From: an uncultured Actinomycetes bacterium
Lineage (GTDB): Bacteria; Actinomycetota; Thermoleophilia; Gaiellales; Gaiellaceae
Reading direction: 5' to 3'
Assembly: GCA_963752845.1 (NCBI GenBank)
Contig: CAVVZV010000003.1
Coordinates: 320,708-384,707 of the forward strand
Length of the DNA stretch: 64,000 bases
The translations under genes were made by a program, and so were the position numbers. The notes beneath the pieces were generated by a model. It did no database searches and had not been told where the DNA came from. It worked only from the letters and a program-made list of their open reading frames with translations. Positions within the stretch are counted from its first letter, which is position 1, and each line of letters starts with the position of its first letter. Shown in pieces: positions 1-10,751 of this stretch.

Positions 1-1
1 C

Positions 2-247
2 GAGAGCGACAAAGACGATGATTTCGACCCGGACTCCGATCCGCTGCTGGAGAAGGCGATCGAGATCGTCGTCCAGACCCAGACCGCGTCGGTCTCGCTC
101 CTCCAGCGCCGATTGCGCGTCGGCTACACGCGCGCGGGCCGGCTGATCGACATGCTCGAGCGTCGCGGCTACATCTCGGGTTATGAGGGTTCGAAACCCA
201 GACGCGTATTGGTCGAAGAGCGTGAAATCGACCGGATTCCGGGCTAA
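2..247 (+). CDS. ftsK: DNA translocase FtsK/SpoIIIE, C-terminal end only (gene begins upstream of window)
   Basis: Own translation of frame 2 gives ...[59 protein letters not shown]..., which carries the FtsK gamma winged-helix signature. Stop TAA 245-247. Too short for the ORF track. Confidence 0.8.
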   Translation, partial: ESDKDDDFDPDSDPLLEKAIEIVVQTQTASVSLLQRRLRVGYTRAGRLIDMLERRGYISGYEGSKPRRVLVEEREIDRIPG

Positions 248-342
248 CTTTTCACAGGCTCTTCACGTCTGATCACCAGGGGGTTAGCATCGACTTTCGC
301 ATCCCTCGGTAGCGAGGAAAACCTTAAGAAGGGGAGGAATCA

Positions 343-1389
343 GTGAAGGTAAGACGACTCTTGCCTTGGGCATCTGCGGTGCTTGCGCTGGGCGCGCTTG
401 CCACGGCAGCGTTCTCGGCATCTGCGGCGCCCAGCAAGTCCAATGCGCCGGCCGTTCGGGTCGCAATCGTGACCGACATCGGCGGTCTGAACGACAAGGG
501 CTTCAACCAGCTCTCGAACACCGGGCTCAAGAGAGCGGTCAAGGAGCTGAAGGTCGGGGGGCGCGCGTACGTCACGAACTCGGCCAACGACCGCCAGCCC
601 AACCTGCAGGCCGCGGCCAGGGACGGCTACAACCTCGTGATCCCGGTCGGCGTCCTGTTTGCGTTCGGGCCGATCGATGCGGTTGCGCCGAACTTCCCGA
701 ACACGAAGTTCGCGGGGGTCGACGTCAGCTTTGCGGATCTCAAGGAGAAGTCCCGGAACGTCCGTGGAATCCAGTTCAAGGAGCAGGAGGCGGGCTACCT
801 CGCCGGGTACATCGCCGGACTCCGCACGAGGGACGAGGGTGGCCGCGATGTCATCTCCGCGGTCGGCGCGAACAGGGTGCCGGCGATCGTGCGGTTCATC
901 GCCGGTTACCGGGCCGGCGCCAAGCGAGCCAACAGGCGCATCCAGGTGCTGGTCAACTACGCGAACGATCCGACCTTTGCCGACCAGGCGAAGTGCAAGG
1001 AGGCCACACTCGACCAGATCGAGCGCGGTTCCAGGGTCGCGTTCATGGTCGCCGGTGCGTGCGGACTCGGCGGGCTCCAGGCCGCCAAGGAGCGGAGGAT
1101 CTGGGGCATCGGCGTCGACGCCGACCAGTCCTTCCTCGGCAGGCACATCCTGACGAGCGCGACCAAGCGGGTCGATGTCGCGGTCTACGACATGATCAAG
1201 GCCTTCCAGCGGAATCCTGCCGGATTCCGGGGTGGCTTCAACTCGAACTACACCGTCAAGAACAACGGTGTCGGCTACGGCAAGCTCAGCCTGAGGCTCT
1301 CGAAGGCGAAGCGGGCCGAGTACACGAAGAAGGCGAACAACATCCGCAAGCTGATCGTCAGCGGCAAGATCACGCCTCCGGCGGCGTAA
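343..1389 (+). CDS. BMP-family (PnrA/Med-like) ABC transporter substrate-binding lipoprotein
   Basis: 348-aa ORF with a signal peptide, then VRVAIVTDIGGLNDKGFNQL, typical of basic-membrane-protein nucleoside binders. SD aaggggagg lies 6 nt before GTG 343. Confidence 0.85.
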   Translation: MKVRRLLPWASAVLALGALATAAFSASAAPSKSNAPAVRVAIVTDIGGLNDKGFNQLSNTGLKRAVKELKVGGRAYVTNSANDRQPNLQAAARDGYNLVIPVGVLFAFGPIDAVAPNFPNTKFAGVDVSFADLKEKSRNVRGIQFKEQEAGYLAGYIAGLRTRDEGGRDVISAVGANRVPAIVRFIAGYRAGAKRANRRIQVLVNYANDPTFADQAKCKEATLDQIERGSRVAFMVAGACGLGGLQAAKERRIWGIGVDADQSFLGRHILTSATKRVDVAVYDMIKAFQRNPAGFRGGFNSNYTVKNNGVGYGKLSLRLSKAKRAEYTKKANNIRKLIVSGKITPPAA

Positions 1390-1403
1390 CGCAACTGCCA
1401 GTT

Positions 1404-1434
1404 CCTAGGGGGCAGGCTCGTCCTGCCCCCTAGG
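1404..1434 (+). promoter_or_regulatory. Perfect 13-bp stem-loop between the SBP and ATPase genes (possible intra-operon attenuator or mRNA stabiliser)
   Basis: CCTAGGGGGCAGG-ctcgt-CCTGCCCCCTAGG read directly. There is no clear U-tract after it. Confidence 0.5.
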
Positions 1435-1444
1435 ATTGCTCGCG

Positions 1445-2980
<1,536 letters not shown>

Positions 2981-2983
<3 letters not shown>

Positions 2984-3177
2984 GACGTCGCTTGCGATGT
3001 CTCTGGAAGGCGCGGCCGTGAGACGTCGCTTGCGATGTCTCATTCAGGCCGTGCGGCTAAGGCATCGCTTGCGATGCCGTTTAGAGGGCATGCTGGCTTT
3101 GCCAGCGTGCCCGTTCCTTCTCCCGGACGGCCGTCTGCAATGACCGGTCGACACATTGGGAGCTGGGCGGTGCGGTC
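2981..3177 (+). repeat. Intercistronic modular stem-loop cassette, copy 1 (modules A, A, B, C, tail, SD)
   Basis: Module coordinates:
- Hairpin A GAGACGTCGC-TT-GCGATGTCTC at 2982-3003, and again at 3020-3041.
- Hairpin B GGCATCGC-TT-GCGATGCC at 3061-3078.
- Hairpin C GGGCATGCTGGC-TTT-GCCAGCGTGCCC at 3086-3112.
- Tail CGTCTGCAATGACCGGTCGACAC at 3132-3154.
The same modules recur at 6918, 18312 and 22611(-). Confidence 0.85.
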
Positions 3178-4404
3178 GTGAGCGCGAGCGGTGGTCTGCT
3201 CCCGCCTGACGTTCCGGATGCCGCTCCCAGCGTCGCCGCGCGGTTCGATCTCTACCAGCGGGCGGGCGGGATCATTACGCCGCTGCTCACGGCGCTCTTC
3301 GCCTTCTTCGTCGGGGGCCTCGTCGTCCTCGTAACCACCGGCAAGAACCCGCTCGACACGTACAGGGCGATCTTCGACGGAACCGGTCTCAACTGGCTGT
3401 TCCCGTGGGTGCGAGGCGAGGAGCGCGAGCTCGCCGCCCTGAATCTCCAACAGACCTTGATCTTGACGACGACGCTGATCCTGGCAGGCCTCGCCGTCGC
3501 ATTCGCTTTCCGGTGCGGCCTCTTCAACATCGGCGGTCAGGGTCAGTACATCGCCGGGATGGTCACAGCTGCCCAGGTCGGCATCTGGCTGCCGGACCTC
3601 GGGCACGTGCCTCACATGGTGCTCGCGGCCGGGGCGGGCGCTCTTGCTGGAGCGCTCTGGGCGGGGATCGCCGGGATCCTCAAGGCGACCGTCGGCGCCC
3701 ACGAGGTGATCACGACGATCATGCTGAACTGGACCGCGCTCTGGGTCGGCAGCTACCTCGTCGGCTTCGGTGGGCCGCTTCAGGACCCGGCGCAGGAGTT
3801 CGTGCCGGTGATGAAGGAGGTCTCGCAGGGAGCGAAGCTGAACGTCTGGTGGGGCGATCCCAGTGCGCAGGGCCTCCACATCGGGTTCTTCGTCGCCATT
3901 GCCGCGCTCATCGTGTTCTGGATCGTGCTCAACCGGACAACGCTCGGCTACCAGGTGCGAGCGGTCGGTTTCAACCCCGACGCGGCCAGCTACGGCGGGA
4001 TTAGCGTGGGTCGCAGCTACTTCCTCGCGATGGCGATCTCAGGTGCGTTCGCGGGCCTCGCGGGCAGCGTCGACATCCTCGGCTGGCTGTTCCGAGTCGA
4101 CCTTACGAGCATCCAGGTGTCGTCCACGATCGCGTTCATGGGGATCGCGGTCGCGCTACTCGGGCGGAACACGCCGGTGGGGATCTTCTTTGGGGCCCTC
4201 CTCTTCGGCGCGCTCCTGAACGGAACGTCGACTCGTAACCTCGACCCTGCCGTCTTCGAGCCCGAGCTTGCCGGCAACCTGACGCTGATCATCCAGGGGC
4301 TGGTCGTGCTCTTCGTCGGTGCCGATCTCTTGATCCTCTACCTCTGGCGCGCACGGCTCAGGCTCCGCCGGAAGCCGCCACCGGAGGTCGTGACGGAGCC
4401 GTGA
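3178..4404 (+). CDS. ABC transporter permease (BMP/nucleoside system, first subunit)
   Basis: 408-aa polytopic ORF with motif FRCGLFNIGGQGQY. GTGA start/stop overlap with the next gene at 4401-4404. Confidence 0.85.
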   Translation: MSASGGLLPPDVPDAAPSVAARFDLYQRAGGIITPLLTALFAFFVGGLVVLVTTGKNPLDTYRAIFDGTGLNWLFPWVRGEERELAALNLQQTLILTTTLILAGLAVAFAFRCGLFNIGGQGQYIAGMVTAAQVGIWLPDLGHVPHMVLAAGAGALAGALWAGIAGILKATVGAHEVITTIMLNWTALWVGSYLVGFGGPLQDPAQEFVPVMKEVSQGAKLNVWWGDPSAQGLHIGFFVAIAALIVFWIVLNRTTLGYQVRAVGFNPDAASYGGISVGRSYFLAMAISGAFAGLAGSVDILGWLFRVDLTSIQVSSTIAFMGIAVALLGRNTPVGIFFGALLFGALLNGTSTRNLDPAVFEPELAGNLTLIIQGLVVLFVGADLLILYLWRARLRLRRKPPPEVVTEP

Positions 4405-5630
4405 GCGTCGCGGCGGGCGTAGTCGAACGCGTGGGTGTCCGGATCGACCTCGCGAAGGTCCTCGGGATCGTCTCGATCGCCCTGGGGTTCCTTGCGTTCT
4501 GGGTCGCGCTGCCGCCGCTGACCACTCAGTCGGTCGCCGTCCCCGTCGCGCTCGGCGTCGGAGGCATCGCAGCGGGCCTTTGGTCCTGGCGTCAGGGTCA
4601 GACACGGCTGGGCTGGACCGGCGTCTGTGTCGCCTTGCTCGGGCTCCTGGGCGGGGTTTTCGCGACGCGCGCGGCCGAGGCCAACCTCGAGGTCGTGATC
4701 ACCTGGTCAGCCCTGACGGCGGCCACACTACGGTATGCGACTCCGCTGACTTTTGCTGCGATTGGCGGCCTGTTCTCCGAACGGAGCGGCGTCGTCAACA
4801 TCGGCCTCGAGGGAATGATGTTGATGGGCGCCTTCTTCGGGATCTACGGGGCTGACCGTACGAACTCCTGGGTCGCAGGCATCTTCATCGGCGCGGCCGC
4901 CGGCGCGGCGCTCGCGCTCGTTCACGCCTTCTTCTCTATCCACCTGCGCTCGGATCAGATCGTCAGCGGCACGGCAATCAACTTCCTCGCGCTCGGGCTG
5001 ACGGGGTATCTCTACATCGACCTCTACGGAACCGAGGGGACGGGTGAGATTCCGGCGGTGCCGGACGTCCACCTCGACTTCCTGGGGCGCATCCCGCCGG
5101 AAGGCCTGGGCAACTTCCTCGACCGGGCGTTCGGGCAGCTCAACCTGATGATCTGGCTCGCCCTCGCCACTGTCGTCCTCGCCTACATCGTCATCTTCAA
5201 GACCGCGATCGGGCTTCGGATCCGCGCCGTGGGGGAGCATCCGCGCGCCGCCGACACCGTCGGAATCTCCGTGTATGCCGTTCGCTACGCGGCCGTCACC
5301 CTCTCTGGCGCGCTCGCCGCGCTTGGTGGCGTCTACCTCTCGCTCGGGTTCGTCCACTCGTTCACCGAGAACATGACCGCCGGCCGAGGCTTCATTGCCC
5401 TGGCCGCGCTGATCTTCGGCAAGTGGCATCCGTTCGGCGCTCTCGGGGCGGCACTCCTATTCGGGTTCGCAAGCGCCGTCGCGCCTCGCCTCGAGAACGT
5501 GGAGAGCTGGGCGACCTACGGCACGCTCTTCCAGGCCCTTCCCTACGTGCTCACCCTGATCGCCGTCGCAGGGGTGATCGGACGCTCGATCCCGCCCGCC
5601 GCCATCGGGCGGGCGTACGAAAAGCAGTAG
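4401..5630 (+). CDS. ABC transporter permease (BMP/nucleoside system, second subunit)
   Basis: 409-aa polytopic ORF with motif FSERSGVVNIGLEGMML, typical of the partner permease. Confidence 0.85.
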   Translation: MSVAAGVVERVGVRIDLAKVLGIVSIALGFLAFWVALPPLTTQSVAVPVALGVGGIAAGLWSWRQGQTRLGWTGVCVALLGLLGGVFATRAAEANLEVVITWSALTAATLRYATPLTFAAIGGLFSERSGVVNIGLEGMMLMGAFFGIYGADRTNSWVAGIFIGAAAGAALALVHAFFSIHLRSDQIVSGTAINFLALGLTGYLYIDLYGTEGTGEIPAVPDVHLDFLGRIPPEGLGNFLDRAFGQLNLMIWLALATVVLAYIVIFKTAIGLRIRAVGEHPRAADTVGISVYAVRYAAVTLSGALAALGGVYLSLGFVHSFTENMTAGRGFIALAALIFGKWHPFGALGAALLFGFASAVAPRLENVESWATYGTLFQALPYVLTLIAVAGVIGRSIPPAAIGRAYEKQ

Positions 5631-5658
5631 CGACCGCCGCAGTCGCCAGAATCGCCGT

Positions 5659-6920
5659 GTGACCGGGCCGGACGAGGTCGAAAGGGCGCCCGCCGGCGAG
5701 GAGGCGTCGACGGTGGCTGCCCGGCTCGGCCGGTACCAGCAGGCCGGAGGCCTGGTGACCGCCCTGATCACCACGGTTGTCGCCTTTCTCCTGGCCGGAC
5801 TCGTGGTCGTTGCGACCACCGGGCGAACCCGCTCCCGGTCTACCGCGGAATCCTCGACGGCACCGGCCTCACCTGGCTTGTCCACTGGTTCGTCGACGTG
5901 CGGACGATTGGCGGGACGCACGACATCTATCCGACCGAGGCCGACGCGGTCGCGATCGCGGCGATCAATCTCCAGCAGACGCTGATCCTGACGACGACCC
6001 TGATCCTGACGGGACTCGCGGTCGCGTTCGCCTTCCGCTGCGGGCTCTTCAACATCGGCGGGCAGGGGCAGTACTTGGTGGGCGTCACGGTGGCGGTCGC
6101 GATCGGAGCTGAGCTCAGCGGCCTTCCTCGGGGGATCCACGTTCCGCTCGCGCTCGCCTGCGCCGTCCTTGCCGGCGCTGCCTGGGCGGGGATCGCAGGC
6201 CTCATGCGCGCCACCGTCGGCGCCCACGAAGTGATCACGACGATCATGCTCAACTGGATCGCCTTCTGGGTCGCGAGCTATCTCTTCAGCATCGGCGGCC
6301 CGCTCCAGAGCGACACGCAGCGCTCGGTCCCGATCTCGAACGATGTCGCCGACTCCGCCAAGCTGCACGTGCTCTGGGGCGGGGTTCAGGGCCTGCACAT
6401 CGGCTTTCTCCTCGCCCTCGGCGCCCTCGTTGTCTTCTGGGCGATCATGAACCGCTCGACGCTCGGCTTCGAGGTTCGTGCGGTCGGCTACAACCCCGAG
6501 GCTGCACGCTACGGCGGCATCAGCGTGGCCCGCAACTACTTCCTCGCGATGGCGATCGCCGGCGGGTTCGCGGGCCTTGCGGGCGCGATCGACCTGCTCG
6601 GTTGGCAGTACCGGTACGGCCAGATCGACGTCCAGCAGTCGGAGGTCGGCTTCGTCGGGATCGCGGTCGCCCTGCTCGGCCGCAACAAGGCACTCGGGAT
6701 CCTCTTCTCCGCGCTTCTATTCGGCGCCCTCCTGACCGGGACGAGCACCAGGAATCTCAACCCCGACATCTTCGATCCGGAGCTGGCCGGCAACCTGACG
6801 CTGATCATCCAGGGGCTCATCGTGCTCTTCGTCGGGGCCGATCTACTCGTCATCTCCGTCTGGAGGGCGCGGAAACGACTGCCGCTGCTGCGGCGTAAGC
6901 CGAAGGCGGTGGGCTCGTGA
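5659..6920 (+). CDS. ABC transporter permease, paralog of 3178..4404, with an apparent 1-nt frameshift near 5824
   Basis: ORF 5659..5985 (N-terminus ...VVATTG) and ORF 5898..6920 align end to end with the first permease. Shifting frame at ACCACCGGGCGAACCCG restores TTG-x-NPLPVYRGILDGTGL. NLQQTLILTTTLIL.GLAVAFAFRCGLFNIGGQGQY is shared with the first copy. Confidence 0.7.
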
Positions 6921-7017
6921 GACATCGCTTTCGATGTCTCTGTCAGGCCGTGCGGGCTTTGCTCGCGCGGCCGTCTGCAATGACCGGTCGACACGGTCGA
7001 AGCTCAGAGGTTCGGCT
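6918..7017 (+). repeat. Intercistronic modular stem-loop cassette, copy 2 (A, degenerate C, tail, SD)
   Basis: Module coordinates:
- Hairpin A GAGACATCG-CTTT-CGATGTCTC at 6919-6940.
- Degenerate C GCGGGC-TTT-GCTCGC at 6952-6966.
- Tail CGTCTGCAATGACCGGTCGACAC at 6972-6994.
- AGAGGTTCGGCT followed by GTG 7018. Confidence 0.8.
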
Positions 7018-8208
7018 GTGAGCTCGTGGACCCGTCGGATCGGATTCGCGGGCATCGGGATCGCGGCGCTCGGCGTTTGGCTGATGCTGCCGCCGGTCGG
7101 TGACGCGCTGCGCGACGCCACCGGGATCTACGAGGTCATTCCCGTCGCGCTCGGCATCTTCGCGATCGCAGCGGGGATCTGGGTCGTCAGCCGCGGCGAG
7201 CGGAAGGTCGGCTGGGCGGCGATCGGCTGCGGCGTGATCGGGATCGGCCTGGGCCTCGCGGCGGCGCAAGCGAGCGTGGCCGACAACGAGGCCGTGTTCG
7301 TCTGGTCGAGCCTGATCGCGGCCACGCTGCGCTGGGCGACGCCGCTGATCTTCGCCGCGATCGGCGGCATGTTCTCCGAGCGCAGCGGCGTGGCGAACAT
7401 CGCGCTCGAGGGCATGATGCTCGCGGGGGCGTTCTTCGGCATTTGGGGCGCCGTCCGCTTCGACCACTGGGCCATAGGCCTGCTGACTGCGATGGCGGCG
7501 GGTGGAGCGCTGGCCCTCGTCCACGCGTTCTTCTCGATCCACCTGCGTGCCGACCAGATCGTCAGCGGGACGGCGATCAACTTCCTGGCGCTGGGGCTGA
7601 CGGGCTACCTCTACATCGACATCTACGGCGACGAGGGCACGCCGACCGACCTCTCGACGATCCCCAACGTGCACCTCTCGTTCCTCGACGACGTGTATTT
7701 CCTCGGGCCGATCTTCGGGGACATGAACCTGATGATCTGGCTCGCCCTGGCGACGGTGGTCCTCTCCTGGGTCGTCCTCTTCAAGACCCCGATCGGGCTC
7801 CGCATCCGCTCCGTGGGGGAGCACCCGCGCGCGGCCGACACGGTCGGGATCTCGGTCTACAAGATTCGGTATGCCGCCGTCACCCTCTCGGGCGTGCTCG
7901 CCGCGCTCGGTGGCGCCTACCTCTCGATCGGGTTCGTCGGCTCGTTCGGCGAGAATATGACCGTGGGTAGAGGATTCATCGCGCTCGCGGCGCTGATCTT
8001 CGGGATGTGGAAGCCGTTCGGCGCCTTCGGCGCCGCGCTCCTCTTCGGCTTCTCGAGCGCGCTCGCCCGCTCGCTGCCGGAGTACTCCGAACAGGCTGCG
8101 CTTCTGTTCGAGACCCTGCCGTACGTCTTGACCCTGATCGCGGTCGGAGGATTGATCGGCCGCTCGATTCCTCCCGCCGCTATTGGCCGGCCTTACGAGA
8201 AGCAATAG
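7018..8208 (+). CDS. ABC transporter permease, paralog of 4401..5630
   Basis: Lies in the frame of ORF 6934..8208. Aligns with the 4401 protein (FSERSGVANIALEGMML; C-terminus RSIPPAAIGRPYEKQ against RSIPPAAIGRAYEKQ). GTG 7018 was chosen by alignment and by the upstream SD. Confidence 0.8.
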   Translation: MSSWTRRIGFAGIGIAALGVWLMLPPVGDALRDATGIYEVIPVALGIFAIAAGIWVVSRGERKVGWAAIGCGVIGIGLGLAAAQASVADNEAVFVWSSLIAATLRWATPLIFAAIGGMFSERSGVANIALEGMMLAGAFFGIWGAVRFDHWAIGLLTAMAAGGALALVHAFFSIHLRADQIVSGTAINFLALGLTGYLYIDIYGDEGTPTDLSTIPNVHLSFLDDVYFLGPIFGDMNLMIWLALATVVLSWVVLFKTPIGLRIRSVGEHPRAADTVGISVYKIRYAAVTLSGVLAALGGAYLSIGFVGSFGENMTVGRGFIALAALIFGMWKPFGAFGAALLFGFSSALARSLPEYSEQAALLFETLPYVLTLIAVGGLIGRSIPPAAIGRPYEKQ

Positions 8209-8542
8209 CGAGGGGCGGTCGATCAGCGCGAGCGCGGTTGCTTCCGTGCTGCTCGGGCTGGTGGCCGTCGCGACGATTCCGGCGGCGATCCTGTTCGCGG
8301 AGAGGTGGGAGCGGATCACGCTGCTCGAGTCGTCGGTGGCGATCGCACCGGCGTTCGTTCTCGGGCTCGCGGCCGTCTACCTCGGGCGGCGCGCGCGGCG
8401 GTCGATCGACCGGACCCTCGGCCGTGTCAGGGGCTACAAGCTGGCATTCGTCGGGCGGTTTCTCGGCTGGCTGGCGCTGTATATGGCGGTGACCGCGTCG
8501 ATCTCGGTCGCCACGTACTACGTGCTCCGGCAGATCGCTTAG
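8183..8542 (+). CDS. Hypothetical small membrane protein (start uncertain)
   Basis: 119-aa ORF with 3 predicted hydrophobic helices. It overlaps the previous gene by 26 nt if TTG 8183 is used. No family recognised. Confidence 0.4.
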   Translation: MAGLTRSNSEGRSISASAVASVLLGLVAVATIPAAILFAERWERITLLESSVAIAPAFVLGLAAVYLGRRARRSIDRTLGRVRGYKLAFVGRFLGWLALYMAVTASISVATYYVLRQIA

Positions 8543-8580
8543 TCGTTCGGGAAACACGTCTAGACTGAGCGCGCCGCCTG

Positions 8581-9330
8581 ATGTTCGAGATCGGCAACAG
8601 CCTCCGTGAGGCGCGCCTGCGCCAAGGCCTCGATTTTCCCGAGATCGAGCAGGCGACCAAGATCCGGCCCAAGTACCTCCGAGCGCTCGAGGACGAGCAG
8701 TTCGACATCCTCCCGGGCCAGACCTACGTCAAGGGCTTCCTGCGCTCGTACGCGGAGTACCTGGGTCTCGACGGCCAGCTCTACGTCGACGAGTACAACT
8801 CGCGCTACATCCACGTCGACGAGGAGACGCCGCTGCGAGCTCGGAGCACGTCGTCGCTCAGTCGCGCCGGACCGCGTTTCGAGACGAGCGTCCTGCTCGC
8901 CGCATTGGCTGCGATCGCAATCGTGACGCTGCTCGTCTTCGCCGCTTGGCGGTTCGGCAGCAACACGCCCGAGACTGCGATCCCCGATTACTCGACCCAG
9001 CCGCCGGCCGCGAGCCAGAACACGAAACCGAAGAAGCGCACTACGACGCCGCTTCGGAGAGCCAGGATGACGCTGACGGGCGCGCTCGGGGATAGCTGGG
9101 TCGAGGTGTACGCGAACTCGCCTTCCGGCCGGCTCCTCCACGAAGGAACGGTCGAGGCGGGCAAGAGCGTGCGGTTCGGCGTCGAGCGTGTCTACCGCCG
9201 GTACTTCGTCCGCATGGGCAGGCCGGGCAATCTGCGCATGACCGTGAACGGGCGCGTCCGCGAGCTTCCCAGAAGAGGGCCGGTCTACGTCACGGCCAGG
9301 CGAGTCACGGCTGGAACCCGCACGACCTAG
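8581..9330 (+). CDS. RodZ-like helix-turn-helix membrane protein (HTH plus DUF4115-like C-terminus)
   Basis: N-terminus MFEIGNSLREARLRQGLDFPEIEQATKIRPKYLRALEDEQFDILPGQTYVKGFLRSYAEYLGLD matches the RodZ/XRE signature. A single TM helix sits mid-protein. Confidence 0.7.
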   Translation: MFEIGNSLREARLRQGLDFPEIEQATKIRPKYLRALEDEQFDILPGQTYVKGFLRSYAEYLGLDGQLYVDEYNSRYIHVDEETPLRARSTSSLSRAGPRFETSVLLAALAAIAIVTLLVFAAWRFGSNTPETAIPDYSTQPPAASQNTKPKKRTTTPLRRARMTLTGALGDSWVEVYANSPSGRLLHEGTVEAGKSVRFGVERVYRRYFVRMGRPGNLRMTVNGRVRELPRRGPVYVTARRVTAGTRTT

Positions 9331-9376
9331 AGCGGCGGTCCTTGTCACGGGCACCGAGCTCGTCCGGGGCGGACGG

Positions 9377-10579
9377 GTGGACGAGAACGGGCCCTTCCTG
9401 GCGCGCGAGCTGTCCTCTCGCGGCGTAGAGCCGGAGCGGATCAGCGTGATCGGGGACCGGCCGGAGCGGCTCGAGGCGGCGCTCCGAGGCGCGCTGGAGC
9501 TCGATCTTGTCGTCATCTCCGGCGGCCTGGGGCCGACGCACGATGACCGTACGATCGAGCTGCTCGCCCGGGCTGCCAGCCGCGAGGTGCGCGTCGATCC
9601 GGCGCTCGAGAGCGAGATCGAAGGTGTTGTGCGCGGCCTCGCCGAGCGGTTCCGCCGGCCTTACGACGAGTTCGAAGCGGGCGTCCGCAAGCAGGCGACC
9701 CTGCCTGAAGGTGGGATCTCGCTCGGTCTCGCGGGCACGGCGCCGGGAGTCCTACTCCAGACCGGCTCGGCGCTGGCGATTGCGCTTCCCGGGCCGCCCG
9801 GTGAGCTGCAGCGAATCTGGCGCGCGGCGCTCGAGCGGCCCGAGCTCCAGGAGGTCTTCGCGCGGGCCAACAATCCGGCAAACCACATTCTCCGCTTCTT
9901 CGGGCTGCCCGAGTCCGCGATCGCCGGCGTCGTCGCGCAGGCCGGGGGAGAGGCCGAGGGGCTCGAGGTGACGATCTGCGCGCACGACCTCGAGGTGCAG
10001 GTCGACCTCGTGATCCCGCCGGGAAGCGAGGCGCAGGCCGATCGGGTGACGCAGGCGCTGCGCGCAGCACATCAGCGGGCGCTCTTCGCCGAGGACGAGC
10101 AGGCTGTGGAGGCAATAGTCCTCAACGCGGCGCGCGAGAAAGGGTTGACGATCAGCGCGGCTGAGTCGTGCACCGGTGGGCTTGTCTCGGCGCGGCTCAC
10201 GTCGATCCCCGGCTCGAGCGATGTGTTCGTGGGCGGCCTCGTCGCCTACGACGACCGGCTGAAGCTGGACGGCCTCAACGTCCCGGCGGAGATGCTCGAG
10301 CGGCACGGGGCGGTCTCGGCCGAGACGGCCGCAGCGATGGCGGCAGGTGCTCGGAGCACGCTCGGCGCGGATGTCGGGGTCTCCGTCACCGGGGTCGCGG
10401 GCCCCGGCGGCGGGACGCCGCAGAAGCCGGTCGGGCTGGTGTTCATTCACGCAGAGAGCCCCGAGTCCTCACACGGAGTCGAGCTGCGCCTGCCCGGCGA
10501 CCGCGGCGCGGTCCGGCGGCGAGCGGCCGCTTCCGCCTTGCATCTCCTTCGCAGACTGTTTGAGGCTCCAACGCAATGA
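9377..10579 (+). CDS. cinA: CinA (MoCF-type domain plus CinA/PncC-like C-terminal domain); true N-terminus probably upstream
   Basis: 400-aa ORF. The same frame upstream reads RAAVLVTGTELVRGGR (9329-9376), which is the conserved CinA N-terminus. No ATG/GTG/TTG occurs between the in-frame stop at 9245 and 9377. Confidence 0.8.
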   Translation: MDENGPFLARELSSRGVEPERISVIGDRPERLEAALRGALELDLVVISGGLGPTHDDRTIELLARAASREVRVDPALESEIEGVVRGLAERFRRPYDEFEAGVRKQATLPEGGISLGLAGTAPGVLLQTGSALAIALPGPPGELQRIWRAALERPELQEVFARANNPANHILRFFGLPESAIAGVVAQAGGEAEGLEVTICAHDLEVQVDLVIPPGSEAQADRVTQALRAAHQRALFAEDEQAVEAIVLNAAREKGLTISAAESCTGGLVSARLTSIPGSSDVFVGGLVAYDDRLKLDGLNVPAEMLERHGAVSAETAAAMAAGARSTLGADVGVSVTGVAGPGGGTPQKPVGLVFIHAESPESSHGVELRLPGDRGAVRRRAAASALHLLRRLFEAPTQ

Positions 10580-10751
10580 AGCCTTGTGCCGCCAGGCCGC
10601 GCTGGGCGGCGCGAGCCCGCGTCCTCAGTCGCACCCATATGGCACTGCATATGGGCGCTCCCTGCGTCCTTGGCTTGCACCACCCATCGCACCCTGGCGA
10701 CGAAGCATCATCACGTTGGAGCCTCTTGACGCAAAACCGACACGAAGACGC

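Noticed and set aside
10634-10655. Hairpin or palindrome CCCATATG-GCACTG-CATATGGG in the cinA-thpR spacer.
   Set aside because: It is an isolated 8-bp inverted repeat with no second copy in the window and no obvious promoter or terminator context. Noted but not interpretable.
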